Numbered from the stretch's first letter, positions 28,245 through 44,360 are shown. The stretch: DNA of 64,000 nt from the human T2T-CHM13v2.0 reference genome, Homo sapiens (GCF_009914755.1 NC_060939.1), one strand, 5' to 3'. Numbers and translations are program-made. Notes: generated by a model not told the origin, from the letters alone.

Positions 28245-28460
28245 GAACACTTATTAAGAACTGAATATTTTCTGGACACTGTATCAGAAAATTCACCTGC
28301 TTTTTCCCATTTAGGCCTTATGATCATCTCGAAAGGTAGGTATTATTTAATCCCCTGACCAAAAATGAAAGCTGAGGCTCTGAAACACTTTTCTGACACG
28401 CGCTGACCAGCGATGGCTCTGGAGCAAACCTAGGTCTCAGACCTCTGCATCCTACTGTAC
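28245..28460 (-). mobile_element. MIR SINE
   Basis: AACACTTATTAAG...GGACACTGT...AGGTAGGTATTATTTAATCCC...AATGAAAGCTGAGGCTC. Confidence 0.75.
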
Positions 28461-31224
28461 ATAGTTGAAGTGCTGGAGGTTACAGGAAAATTTGAAAGGA
28501 AAAAGTCTACTTTATAGGAGCTCAAGGGAGATGAGAGGGAGAGAGGAGCAGAGAGGGAGGGTTGGGCTCAGAGTCAGTGCGAGATGAAGGCTGGTGGTTT
28601 TTACACCTGTCCCCCACCAGGCATCGTTGTAGACATTCTCATTTTCTACTTGTGGTTTGATTAGTTCTCCCTGTGCTCTTCAAGGACACCCAGACACCTG
28701 ATCTGCCATGAGCGTTAAGCTGAAAGGCTGTCTTTCCAGCACCAGCTTCCAGCTGCCATAATAAGTATGCTCCAGACTGTTTCTCAACTCTATTATTTCA
28801 AGTTCTGAGCTCTCCTCCCTCCTCTGACTCTGTTCTTGCCGGTGTTAAATGTTCTTGTCAAAAGCAACTATTTACAGGCCATTAACAACAGAACGGATGA
28901 TTAGGCTCTCTCCAGACCTGATGAATAATGCATACTGCCAGTCAGTGGTTTCACCACCCAGTACAGGGCTCTTCTGAGGAGCAGTGCCATTAAAGAGTCT
29001 GCTGTTCCCTTTCTGAGATCTGAATAATTTGAAGAAACAATTGCATTTTAGTGTGTGGAGGGAAAACCTTGTCCTTTGTGTACTCTGTTGTTTTGGGCAA
29101 AAGCAGAGGAAAGAGAAGCTTGCCCATTTCTGTTTCTATCCGTGGATAGAAACAAATCAAATATGTATTTATTTTTATCTCTAAGGAAGGATACTACGAA
29201 ATCTACCTCTAAAGCCTAACACGGAGGCTGAAGTGAACAAACCTCAGCCACAGCCAGATTTATAAATGGTTCTGGCGGTGCAGACCCATTGCATACTTAG
29301 GACATTAAGGAACTTGGAGAGTCCATAAAGGAGAATGAGTTGCAAAGGTCAGAAGTGCACACATGGATCCAGGTAAGCTGGGCCTGGAAGCCCAGGGAGA
29401 AGAGGGCTTCAAACGTTCATCGAGTGTCACATGCTGTAGGAGAGTCTAAACAGTCTGTGCACTAGTGGTCTCAGAACCGGTTTCTCCCCATGACAACCTT
29501 ATTTTTGAATAAGGTGTGTGCATCTCAACTCTTTTCACATTCAGGGTAAATCCTTCCTTCACAAATCTCTGCAAGCTGAGAGATCTTGCCAAACAGGCAA
29601 CCAGATAAAGCTTAAAACGATATGTATATGCAGTGGATGTGCAGTAGAGAGCCTCTTATGGGACCCATGTTGCACAGACTTAGTCCTGTGAATACACGTG
29701 CTTTACACAAGCCTTATTTATAAAGGAAATTGAGAAGGAAATGTCACTAGAATGTAAATGGTAATGTCATGATATCTGGGCATGAATTAGACGGCAAAAA
29801 CAAGATGCACAGCTTCAACTGAACCTTCCAGGCTAATGTACCTGAGTGCTATGTTACCACAGAGGAGAGGGGAATGAGGAAGATGGGGAGAAGGAAGAAG
29901 AAAGAAGGAATCTGAAAGAAAGAAATAGAAACGGGCAAGCTTCTCTTTCCTCTACTTTTGCCCAAAACAATAGAGTACACGAAGAACAAGGTTTTTCCTC
30001 CACACACTAAAGTCCGTGAAGTCAAAAAGGGATCCTCTCACCTAAAATGTATGTGGTCTTCATGATGACAAGATATCAGGAAGTTCCAGAAGCTATGATT
30101 CTTTAGTTCCCTTTCTGACCATTACTGTGATTGGATGGGTTCTGGCAAAACAGAATGGCTAACAGAGGACCAGCTCAACCTGGTGGTCACTGCTGTTTCT
30201 CTGAGTAACTTTCCATTGCTACCATGAGGGAGAATGAAAATTCACATCTCAAGTCCCCCATCCTTTCTAATTACTTCCTTAGGCAATATTTCTTCCTCCC
30301 TGTGTACCCTATGGTACCAGGAGATCAAGGCCACAAACTATCGGTATAGGGGTAAGAGGTCTATACCATTAACAGACCATTGTTAATTGTCTCTTGTTAA
30401 TTATCTCATTGTTAATTGTCCTGTGCTGCTATACAGAGATCATGGACATTCAAGGCCATGGTCTACATATACACTCTTTGACATTGATAAGTTGCTCACG
30501 TCTCCTATTTTTCTACAAAATAGTGCAGGTCTTTATGGGTATTGGTTTGTTGCTCATTTGTTTGTTGAGGACATCCAGCAACCAAACACCTCTCCTTCTC
30601 TGGGAGATTCTTGATTGAAAGTCTTGGCAGAAGGCAGAGGCCTACCTCTCTGTACCGATGCCCAAAGACTCCATTTCTCTCTTTTGCTGTCCCCTGGAAG
30701 CTAGAACATGTTCTCATAGTCTGTGGTTAGCCCATTGGATGTTTTCTTCTGGGATAGTGATTCTTAAGCAACTCGCACAAAACACAGGTATTGGGCCCTA
30801 ATACGCCCAGTAGAAATGGGGACACCAAGAGCACAGCCCAAGCAGCACTGAGCGAGCAGGCCACTGGTGCTGGTGACATCATTCTAGCCACTCTGCTTCT
30901 GTGGTCTTGACTCTGCATCTGATGTACAGCCTTCAAGTTCATCTTGCAAGCCAGGTCTTCCAGCCTCCCTGCCTGCCCAATAGCCTTCTAGTAATGACTT
31001 GGAACCTGTCTGTCTTGCATGTGATTAAGAACACAGGTTCTTTTCTTCCTGAGTCTCAAGATTCCAGTTGGCTTCAGGTTAAATTTATACCTTCACAGGC
31101 AGTCTGGCTCTTCCTAAAGAAGTTGCTAGTTGTCCACTCTTCTGGTCTTTCTTTAAAATAATCTTCTAACCTCTATCAGTATGTTCTACTTCTCTCTTTT
31201 CTCTGTATCCCTTTGAATGCCATA

Positions 31225-31576
31225 CAGTCAACACTTTGTATCCATGGGTTCTGCATCTGTAGATTCAACCAACCAAGGATTGAAAATATTCGGTGAAAAA
31301 AAATGCATCTGTAGTACATATGTACATACTTTTTTCCTTGTTGAAAAAAAGTTAGGGAAATATATTCCCTAAACAATATAAGTTAACTATTTGCATAACA
31401 TTTACATTATATTTGATATTATAAGTAATGTAGAAATGATTTAAAGTATACAGGAAGATATGCATAGATTCTATGCAAATACTGCCCCCTTTTATATCAG
31501 GGACTTGAGCATCTGAGGATTTTGGTATCCCTGGGGTTCCTGGAACCAATCCCTTATGGATAATGAGGGACGACTA
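31225..31576. mobile_element. MER2 (TcMar-Tigger MITE)
   Basis: TA-CAGTC...GTATCCATGGGTTCTGCATCTGTAGATTCAACCAACC...CAGGGACTTGAGCATC..GGATTTTGGTATCC...GGAACCAATCCC...GAGGGACGACT. Confidence 0.9.
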
Positions 31577-31885
31577 CTTCCTGATGAAAGCTCCTCCTTC
31601 AGTAACACACTCCTCCCCCCACAGTCCAGCAAGATGCCTGTTCCATTAGCGAGGTGTATCTGCCTTCCACATGTGCTTTTGTCTTATCTATTCCTTTGCT
31701 ACAAAGAGCTTCTTGAATACCACATGATTTCAGGAAAGTCTGTTTTGTAACAATCGCCAAAGAATTTTTGTGGCAAGCTAGGTGATTCTCTTTTTACAGC
31801 AGTGGTGAATTAACAAGAGATATAGTCATTCTGTAACTTCTACATAGGAATCCTGAAAGCAGTCTGAGAAGATTCATTTGAAATA

Positions 31886-32450
31886 CAGTCACACACTGCA
31901 TAATGATATTTTTGTCGATGATGAACTACATATATCATGGTGACTCTATAAGATTATAATGGAGCTGGAAAATTCCTGTGGCCTAGTGACATGGTCAGTG
32001 CAATTACTTTATTTTTAAATAAGTTTGGTGTGGTCTATATGTTCAGTGTTTATAGTCTACAGTAGTGTACAGTAATGTCCTAGGCCTTCACATTCACTCA
32101 CCACTCACTCACTGACTCACCCAGAGTAACTTCCGGTCCTTCAAGCTCCATTCATAGTAAGTGCCCTAAAAAGGTGGACCATTTTTTTAGTACCATATTT
32201 TTACTGTACATTTTCTATCTTAGATATACACAAATACCACTGTGTGACAATCATCTACCGTATTCAGCAAAGTAGCATGTTGTACGGGTTTTTAGCTGGG
32301 CAGCCATAGGCTACACCATGTGGCCTAGGTGTGTAATGAGATATACCATCTAGGTTTGTGTAAGTACACTCTAAGATGTTCCCACAAGGACAAAATCATG
32401 TAGTGATGCATTTCAAAGAACACATCCCTGTCATTAAGCAGTGCCCGACT
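31886..32450. mobile_element. Tigger3-family (Golem-derived) non-autonomous DNA transposon
   Basis: TA-CAGTCACACACTGCATAATGA...; CCTAGGCCTTCACATTCACTCACCACTCACTCACTGACTCACCCAGAG; CCATCTAGGTTTGTGTAAGTACACTCTA. Confidence 0.88.
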
Positions 32451-33719
32451 TTATGTGTAACCTTTGAAAGAAATAAAAGGTATGAGGATTATCCTCAAAA
32501 TGAATCACGTTGCTCCTCACTGTTTCCATTTGATCAATGGAAAAAGTATCCTGTTTTTCAGAACAATTGCCCTGAGAATTGTTCCATGTGTGTCCAGGTT
32601 TGTTTGTGTCACTCACCGTATAAAGCAGGACATGGATGATGTAATAATACATTTTGTAATAATTTCACTGTTTGTTCTGGGGCAATGAGCACAGGTAATA
32701 GGGTTGTCTTTTCCCACAATTCTTGGGGGTGCTATTCATATCCTAGTCTTGGTGAAGGATCCTTCCTGGAGGTTTGCTGGTGCACAGCCAGCTCAGCTCC
32801 GGGCAGCAGCCTCATGGAGTAAAAAACATTAAAAAATATATATTAGAAATGAAGGGATGATGATTTCCTGGTCCCTTTGAGTGAAACCCCCAGCAGGTGT
32901 GCAGTTAATTCCCCACAGAGGTAACAAGTCTGGGCTGCTTTATAAGCAGCAAAAAATGTCTCATTTATATTCCACTTTCAGAGATAAGGAAAAGGTATTT
33001 AAAGGCTATTTAGTCACTCTCTAGCACTCGAAACTTATGGATGGTTCTGTCAAAAGTGAAGATTTAAAAAGTGAATAATAAAACCACTTTTGGAGATAAC
33101 TGTCAGTAATTTTTTTTCTTTTTTTCTAAGGCGAATATGAAATATGAATTGATATCCATAGACAGAGGAAATATATCAAATAATTTGCCCAGCGGGGGAC
33201 ACATCTCTTGCAGGAAGGACTGATGATTGCAAGGCTAGGTTCACCCACTGGGCTCTTCCCCTCTGGAGCTTCTGTAAGAAGAGTCCATTGTTTCCACAGA
33301 AGCATAGAAAAGGATTTGTGATTTTTTTTTTTCCTGTGGGTGTCTCTGGTTAATGACAAACTGCCATCCACAGGGGCAGATGGTCTTTATTTTATGACAG
33401 GGCAGAGTCTGTCCTTGGGGTCCTCAAAGCATAACTCGATGAAACCCAACATTCACCTTCCATTTTGCAACCTGAGTTCTGGTGACAGGACTGCTCTGGG
33501 CTGAGCATGGTACAGAGTTTAGTGATTAGAAGCTGCTAGAATCATTGAAACAACTAAAGATTAATAATGAATTGCAGGACTGTTACCATGAACTAAGGAG
33601 ATTCTCACAAATGAGCCTGGGGCTATTTTCTTATCCCTTCATGAGAAAATTCTCCCCAGGCCATCTGGCTGTATCAAAAAGTAAAAGATACACAGCCTTT
33701 GGCCAACCAATTCCACACA

Positions 33720-34245
33720 TGGGATTTTTTAAAAAATTAATTTCATTTCAAATAGTAAATATATTCACATGATACAAAATTGAAAATATAAAAGTGCATA
33801 ATTTAGAAATATCTTTCATACTTTTGTCCTCTAGAGACCCATTTTCTCTCCTGAGAAGCAACTGGTATTTTGTATATTATTCTAGAGACATCTATGGATT
33901 AAACAAAAACACAGATATGTTCCTTCTTCCATGTTTAAAATAAAAATTATAGCATTTACATTGTTCTTGGAATTTTTTTAACCAAACATTTAGGGGAAAG
34001 AATTTTAGATTCACAGAAAAGTTGCAAAGATAATACAAAGGGTTTCTATATACCCTTGTCCAGTTTCTCCTAATATGAACATCTTACATTTCTGTAGTGC
34101 ATTTGTCAAAACTAAGAAATTTAAACCAGTACATTACTATTAATGAAACTACAGACTTTATTTGGATGTCAGTCATTTTTTTTTTTTCTCACTAATGTTC
34201 ATTTTCTGTTTCTGGCTCCAATCTAGAATACCACATTGCATTGCA
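33720..34245 (-). mobile_element. Old L1 3' ends (L1ME followed by L1MC/MD-like)
   Basis: AATTTTAGATTCACAGAAAAGTTGCAAAGATAATACA...AACTACAGACTTTATTTGGAT...TACCACATTGCATT. Confidence 0.75.
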
Positions 34246-34256
34246 AGATGAATAAC

Positions 34257-34419
34257 TTCCTTCCCTCCCTTCTTCCCTCCCTCCCTTCCTCCCTTCCTCC
34301 CTCCCTTCCTCCCTCCCTCCCTTCCTCCCTCCCTCCCTTCCTCCCTCCCTCCCTTCCTCCCTCCTTCCCTCCCTCTCTCCCTCCCTTCCTCCCTTCCTTT
34401 CTTCCTTCTTTCCTTCCCT
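34257..34419. repeat. (CCCT/CCTT)n polypyrimidine tract, about 160 bp
   Basis: Uninterrupted C/T-only stretch. Confidence 0.95.
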
Positions 34420-34790
34420 TAATTGTTGTGTGCGTATTGGGGGGATGTATGGTTTTATGATTTTTTACATGGATGGATTTATGAAGTTACCACCATGATC
34501 AGCATACAGAAAAGTTTCATCTCCCTGAACATCTCCCTCCATTCCCCATGGCAATCACTGATTTGTTCTCCCTCACTATAGTTTTGTCTTTTTGAGAATG
34601 TCATAAAAATGGAATCATGCAGTGTGTAACCTTTGGAGACTGGCTTATTTTTTTCAGCATACGGCCATTGAGTTGTTGTGTGTATCAATGCCTATCAATC
34701 CCTTTTTTCTTTAAACTGAGCAGTATTCGCTGTGGATATTCCACTGTTTATTTATATACCCGTTGAAGAACATTTTGTTTGTTTTATTTT
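34420..34790 (-). mobile_element. L1MC/MB-type 3' region
   Basis: GGCAATCACTGATTTGTTCTCC...GAGAATGTCATAAAAATGGAATCATGCAGTGTGTAACCTTTGGAGACTGGCT. Confidence 0.8.
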
Positions 34791-36289
34791 ACTTACTATA
34801 TCTTGAAACTCTTAAAAATTTATTTTAAGCATAAAGAGTTCCATTGAAACATTATTATTGCTCTTATTTTAAATTCAGAACTAATATGTGACTGGTAGAA
34901 ACAAAAATGAAAGCAAAAAAAACAGTGTAAAAGAAAAGAAACAAAATGTGGGTTCTCTCCTCTGACCTTCAAATACACATGAAGGCAGTAAGAAGCTCTT
35001 GACCATTTTCTTTGCCTCATTGCAGACTAGGCTGATTTCTTACATTCCTTTTTGAAAACTCTTTTAAATATCAATCATGTACTTTAAATGTGTATCATAT
35101 ATTTTTAAAAGTATATCTGATGTGTGTTTATTGTTTGGAGGATAATGATAAAATGATCATGCTGGTATCTAACATGCAATTTGAGAAAGGGCATCCCGCA
35201 AACATCAGTAGTCTGCTGTGCCCTTCTCCAATTTGTAATCCTCCCTTTCTCACATTAGCAACATTTTATCTTTTTTAAAAATTAACTCCCTTGGTTTCCT
35301 TTATAGTTTTGCTACATATGTGTGTATCCCTAAGCCATACATTATTTAGTTTTGCCTATTTTTGACCTTTATGGCATCATGCAGTATATGTTCTATTTGT
35401 TTTCTTTAATGTTAAATTTAAGCTTTTGATAAACAAATTAAATGAAAAATAAATGTTTGTTGATGTTGATGTATAGACCTATTTTATTTATTTCCACTGC
35501 TAGATGATATTTAATGGTACAAACACATCTATATTTATATATCTGCTTTATTGTTGAAAAACATATGTGCAGTTTAAAACATTTGGGGGAGGATTATAAA
35601 CAATGCTGCCAAGAATATTGTGTATGGCTTACAAGTGGGACTGTTGTATAGACAGCAATGTGTATTTTCCCCCTTATTCGGTAACGTGAATTCTATCTAA
35701 AGTAGTTGGCCAGAGTTATATTCTGGCCGGTGGTGTATGGAGATTCTACCATTCTATGTCTTTGCCAATACTTGGTGTTATCATTGTATTTTATTTTTGC
35801 CAATCTGACGGGTATGGAATGGAATCTAATTTTGGCTTTACTTTGCATTTTCCTGACTACTGATGAGTTGGAGGATATCAAGTTTGAGTATTTTGGCAAT
35901 TCTTGGTTCATCTTTTGTGAAATGCTTGTACAAGAAATGCCTGTTATATCTTTTGTTCTTTGAAATAAATTTTTTAATTTTTTCATTATTGTCTTAAAAT
36001 AATTTTTAAAAAATTCTGAATACTTATTCTTTGTGGGTTATAAATATTTTATATATCATCTCCCAGTTTTGTGGCTCAAAGTTTTGTCTTTCTATAGAGT
36101 CTTTGATGAAGTGGAGTTTATTGCTGGTGAATTTATCTTGTCCATTGTGGTGTGTGCTTTTAGCACCTTGGTTAGAAATTTTTTACTACCAAATAATTAT
36201 GAAGGTATTTTTGTTGATTTTTTTCTAAAAGTTACAAAGTTAGATTTTCCATTTAAGTGTTTCATCTATCTGGAATTATTTTAAAAAAC

Positions 36290-36850
36290 AGTTGGAGTAG
36301 TGGTTAGGAGCAAGGATTTTAACCTCAGACCATCTGAGTTTTGAACTCCACCTTTTATCAGTTACTTGGTAAATTTCCCCTGTGGATATTTCAACTTTTT
36401 TAACTTGGATTCAACCTCTCTGTGTCTCAGTTTTATCATCTCTAAGGATAATGTAAAAAGAAAGTCTCTATAATTTTGCAGTTTCGAGTTAAAAATAAGT
36501 TAGGCTGGGAGCGGTGGCTCATGCCTGTAATCCCAACACTTTGGGAGGCCGAGGCAGGCCGATCACGAGGTCAAGAGATCGAAACCATCCTGGCTAACAC
36601 GGTGAAACCCCGTCTCTACTAAAAATACAAAAAATTAGCCGGGTGAGGTGGCGCATGCCTGTAGTCCCAGCTACTCAGGAGGCTGAGGCAGCAGAATGGC
36701 GTGAACCCGGGAGGCGGAGCTTGCAGAGAGCCGAGATCGCGCCACCGCACTCCAGCCTGGGTGACAAAGCGAGACTCCATCTCAAAAAAAAAAAAAGGGT
36801 AATATGTGAAGTACTAGAATTCTAACTAAAACCATAATTATGCATGCTAT
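36290..36850 (+). mobile_element. MIR interrupted by AluY
   Basis: GTAGTGGTTAGGAGC...AACCTCTCTGTGTCTCAGTTTTATCATCT, resuming after the Alu as TAATATGTGAAGTACTAGAA. Confidence 0.65.
36503..36796 (+). mobile_element. AluY
   Basis: GATCACGAGGTCAAGAGATCGAAACCATCCTGGCTAACACGG; GAATGGCGTGAACCCGGGAGGCGGAGCTTGCAG. Confidence 0.95.
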
Positions 36851-36953
36851 AAAGTAGGGGCCCAATTTTCTTCACATGGATAATTTGTCTCAGCATTGTT
36901 TATCAAATAATTGATTTTTCCTATTTTCAATTTCACTGCATCATAAATCAGAT

Positions 36954-37026
<73 letters not shown>
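36954..37026. repeat. Compound (CT)n(GT)28 microsatellite
   Basis: About 17 nt of TC repeat followed by 56 nt of pure GT; source of the HTHTHT/ERERE ORFs in the track. Confidence 0.97.
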
Positions 37027-37029
<3 letters not shown>

Positions 37030-40007
37030 GAGGCTGTTATTTTCCATTGGCCTATTTTTATATTCCTGTACACATAATGTGTTTTTTTGACAATAGTTTT
37101 ATAAAAAGTCTTGATTACTGATAGCAAAATTTTCTCCACTTTACTCTTCTTTTAGGGAGGGTTATCTTGCTAATCTTGACTCTGTGCTCCTTGATATACA
37201 TTTGAGATTACTAAGATTCCTGAAAAAGAAACATATTGGGCTATCTATTGGAATTGCATTGAATTCAATTCGGGAGAACCAACATTTTTATTGTATTGAG
37301 GCTGTATAACCACGAACTTAGCCTAAGTATTTTAAATGTCCTTTAATAAAGCTTTGTAATTTTCCTCAAAGAGGTCTTGCACACACATCCTACATTAGAT
37401 TTATTCTTAATTACCTATTCAATCTTGCTCTGATAAATGCTGCTTTATTTAAAATTGAATTTTCTGATTCTCTTTTGCCTTTGAAAAAATGCAGCAGACT
37501 TTATATTAAGCAATCTGTCTAATCTCTTATACATTGTAGTAATTTGAACTTAAATATTTTCATTGGAGGTTTCCCTACATGAGTAATCATATGCAATAAT
37601 GACAGTTTCGTTTCTAACTTTTCAATCTCTGTATGTTTTGTTGCTTTTTGTCTTATCACATTATTTAAGACTTTCAGTATTATTTGGAATAGAAGGCATA
37701 ATAGCAGCTTTTTATTTTATATGATTGTAAAAGGAGTGCTTTTAATGTTTAATCATTGGCTCAGATATTTGCTATAGATTTATGATGGATCCCCTTTTAT
37801 TCCTAGTTTGTTAAGAGATTTGTTAGAAGTGGTTGTCAAATTTTACCAATGGCTCTTCCACAGCTAATAAGAGGATAACGAATTTTTAATCTCTTAAACT
37901 TTTCTGAAAGATTTCAAATAATATTGAAATTTTTTTGTCTCTTGAATATTTAAAAGAACACTTTCTAATATTATCTAGCCTATCACATAAAATCCATGAT
38001 GATTTGACTTATTTAAAGACTATAATATTATTTTCCTTTAAAATATTTCTTAGGTGATGTTGATAAATCATATAATTCAAGGGATTTGTCCATTTATGTA
38101 AGTAGTAAACTTCATTGGCATGGAGTTGTAAAAAGTGTTTTATCTTACTAATTTCTACTATATCTATAAATCTAATTTTAAAATTTTTATTTATGAATCC
38201 CATTTCTTATTAATCACTTCTGGAGGGGTTTCTGTATTTTATTAACCTTCTCAAAGAAACAACTTGGACATTGTTAATCCCCTATATTGTATGTGTGTTT
38301 TCTTTTTATTAATATCTTCTCTCATCTTATTTGCTTTTGCCTACCTTTTTGTGTTTTGTTTTTATTTTTGCTTTCTTAATTTGTGTTGTCTAAATCATTA
38401 ATTATCAAGCTTTATTTAAATATAATCTGCTCAAGCCATACATTTTCCTTTAAATATTGCATTAGCTCTGTCCCGCATTTGTCATATCCATCATGCAACA
38501 ATGGCCAAGCGGCATGTATGCCAGGTTGCAGGAACTGTATGCAAAAAGTCATGACGACAGAGTAGGGTCAGGTGTGTAGGTCCTTCATTATTCTATTCCC
38601 TGTCTAGGGCTGCTTAGTCTAGAAAGGTCAGATGTCATACTTGGAGAGGGGAAACTCAACTCTTGAATATGCAAACTAGAACAGCATTGACTCTTTCCCT
38701 GGTTATATCAGGGGCTGAGATATAACTGCAACAATATGCAGCAAGACCCTGCATATTATTGCAATTGTGTCTGGTTTGACAGTTCCATGTTCCTGGTTGG
38801 GTAAGCACTAGCTCTTCCTTGGACACAATCAAGGACCCTGGCTTACTCAATGTGGTTTCCTTGAGCTTTGCTAGAGACCAGCCTCTGTTCTGAGACACCA
38901 TACTGCAGGGGATCAACACTCTTCTGATTAATCCCTACCACTCTATATTGCTTTCAATATGATTCAGCTCTAAGTATTTTTTTTCTAATCTCTTTTGTGA
39001 TTTATTTTTTATTTCAAAGTATGTTTTCTCAACTTTTTATTATGGAAATCTCCAAATGTACAGACAATTTAGAAAAATAAAAAGTAGAATGAATTCCCAC
39101 ATGCCCTACTCCTAGATTAACAATTGTAAACATTTTGTTATATGTGCTTTACATTTCTCTTTCTATTCATACCTGTTGATCACAAGGTGGCTAAACCTTG
39201 TAAAAGTATGTTGAAGACATCATGGCACCTCACCCCTAAAAACTTAACCATTTATCTCCTAAATTGACATTCTTTACATAGTTTGCAACCATACTGTTAA
39301 TACGTTTACATAAAATTATTGCAATTCTATAGTACAAGCTGACTTAGTCTTCATTCAAATTTCCAATTATTCCCAAAATACGTTTTACATATTTGGGTTT
39401 TCTGAGCCAGAATCCCATCAAAGTTCACACGTTGCATTTGCTTCTAATGTCTCTTTAAACTCTTATTCTGGAACATGTATCTTACCTTTTCATTCATAAT
39501 GTGGACTTTTTGTGCCTATGACACATCAGAGTGGAGATGTAACATATAAGCTGCTGCCAAATTAGCCTTCGAACAATGGCAACCTGTGGGGCATTCACAT
39601 AACACGGAGCAGGAGTGGACATTTTGTATGGATTTGTCAGGACAAGGTCTCTGTCTAGTCTAAAGGTAGAGAGAGGCCACATCTCTGCCTAGGGGTAGCT
39701 GTGAGGAACAGGCTGTTAGAGAGTGAAAACTGAAATGGAAGATGAGGATGAGCAGAGAATGACAGGAAGAAAGCAGCCTTGGGAAAAACTGGGCAGAGGG
39801 GCAGAAAATGCAAGTGAGTCGTGTGGAGACTACCAACAAACAGAAAACCAAAATGAAGCCCACTGCAGGAGTCAGCCTCTGAGTCCCCTGGGTGTGGGCA
39901 GTCTGAGCACAGGCGCTGGGACACCCTTGCAGGCACTGTGTCCTTCATTCCTGGTATGTGCTAAGTGCTAAATCTTTAGCACAAGATTTTCCATTGCTGA
40001 ATTACTT

Positions 40008-43208
<3,201 letters not shown>

Positions 43209-43214
43209 TCCTTT

Positions 43215-44360
43215 CTTCTTTGATTGTTACAGAATAATTATTATCTACCTTTGAAGGTCATGTTTCCTTGCTTTTTCACATTTCTTATGTCCCTTTTTTT
43301 TTTTATATTCGCACCTGTGGTGGAACACTCACCCTTTCCAATTGCATGGAATAGCCTTCATAAGGAAACACTTTTTTTTCCTATAGATATGTCCTACAGT
43401 GTTGCTTGGGTAGGGTGCTTTGGCTTTGGTTGAGGGTGGGCACAGTAATGTAGTCTTCATATGATTTTTTCTGCTGTAATTAATGTCAGTGGTGTCTGTG
43501 AGTGCCTTCTGTCACAGGCTGTTGTTCGTGAAAGCTATGGCATAGCTCTGCTGGTGGCAGTGATGTCAGGCAGGCTGGTTCTCAAGGCATTAGAAGGCAT
43601 GCATGAGTTCAGGGCAGCTCAGCTCTGATGGGACATAGGGTTGCTAGTAGCAGCAGCAGGCCTTAGCTAGGCAGATCTCAGGTTCTGGGGACTGAGTATG
43701 TCATCTCCTTCAGTCCTGGGGGTAGCCTGCTTGCTGTGTGCTGGACCTCCTTTGACCTGGGGCATAGGGCACTGCATGGGCTTCAATTCCAGGATCACTG
43801 CTTTACTGCTGGGTCCAACAGGTGTCATGACACTGTAGCCCTTTGGGTAGATGTCATGAGATGTTGGTACCACCCCAGGGATGCTTTTGGACTACAGGTT
43901 AGGATGCACTCTGGTCGTGGGCTTACTCTGAAAATGGTGAGGTTCTGTTACTGCCTGTGTCTTTGGAGGTCAGGGGGATGCAGTGTGAATTATTTCCCAG
44001 GAATAATGAAGTAACCTGGACTCCAGGCAGCTCCCAAGACTGGACTGTCTTCCAAGGGCTATGGATCTCTCCTATAGCCAGGATCACAAGTATTCATGGT
44101 GGAAATGTGGAATCCTGGGGATCTTCTGCTTACTTTTTTCCCACAGTGGGAAGTCCCTCCTGGCTCTAAGTCAATTCTGGCTTTCTCTTCCTTCTCTATG
44201 CTGCCATTGCAAGTCTTCATGTCTCAGAGAGTCTTCATTACTTCTTTACTGAATTTTATTCTTTTCACTTAGTCCATTTGATGTGTGTTTATCTACTTAC
44301 TGTTTTGATATTTCTTTGTGAAGGAGGAAAATGCTGGGTCCATCTATTTAGCCATCATAG
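43215..44360 (-). mobile_element. Old L1 (L1M2/L1MA-type) 5' region
   Basis: AGGTCATGTTTCCTTGCTTTTTC (ORF1 start region, antisense), GC-richer UTR-like tract, ending TTTAGCCATCAT (YY1-like 5' terminus). Confidence 0.55.

Larger units (their letters stand above)
35070..39490 (-). mobile_element. Ancient L1ME-like ORF2/3' remnants, interrupted by MIR, AluY, a microsatellite and a non-L1 segment (about 38490-38935)
   Basis: T-rich strand with TTTTTGCCAATCTGACGGGT, TTGCATTTTCCTGACTACT, GGAATTGCATTGAAT, TCCTAGTTTGTTAAGAG motifs. Confidence 0.75.

Noticed and set aside
33348-33362. HNF1-like site GGTTAATGACAAAC
   Set aside because: A single degenerate motif, expected by chance in 64 kb
34236-34460. 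Pro/Ser-rich ORF (and His-Thr repeat ORFs at 36847-37139)
   Set aside because: Translations of simple repeats
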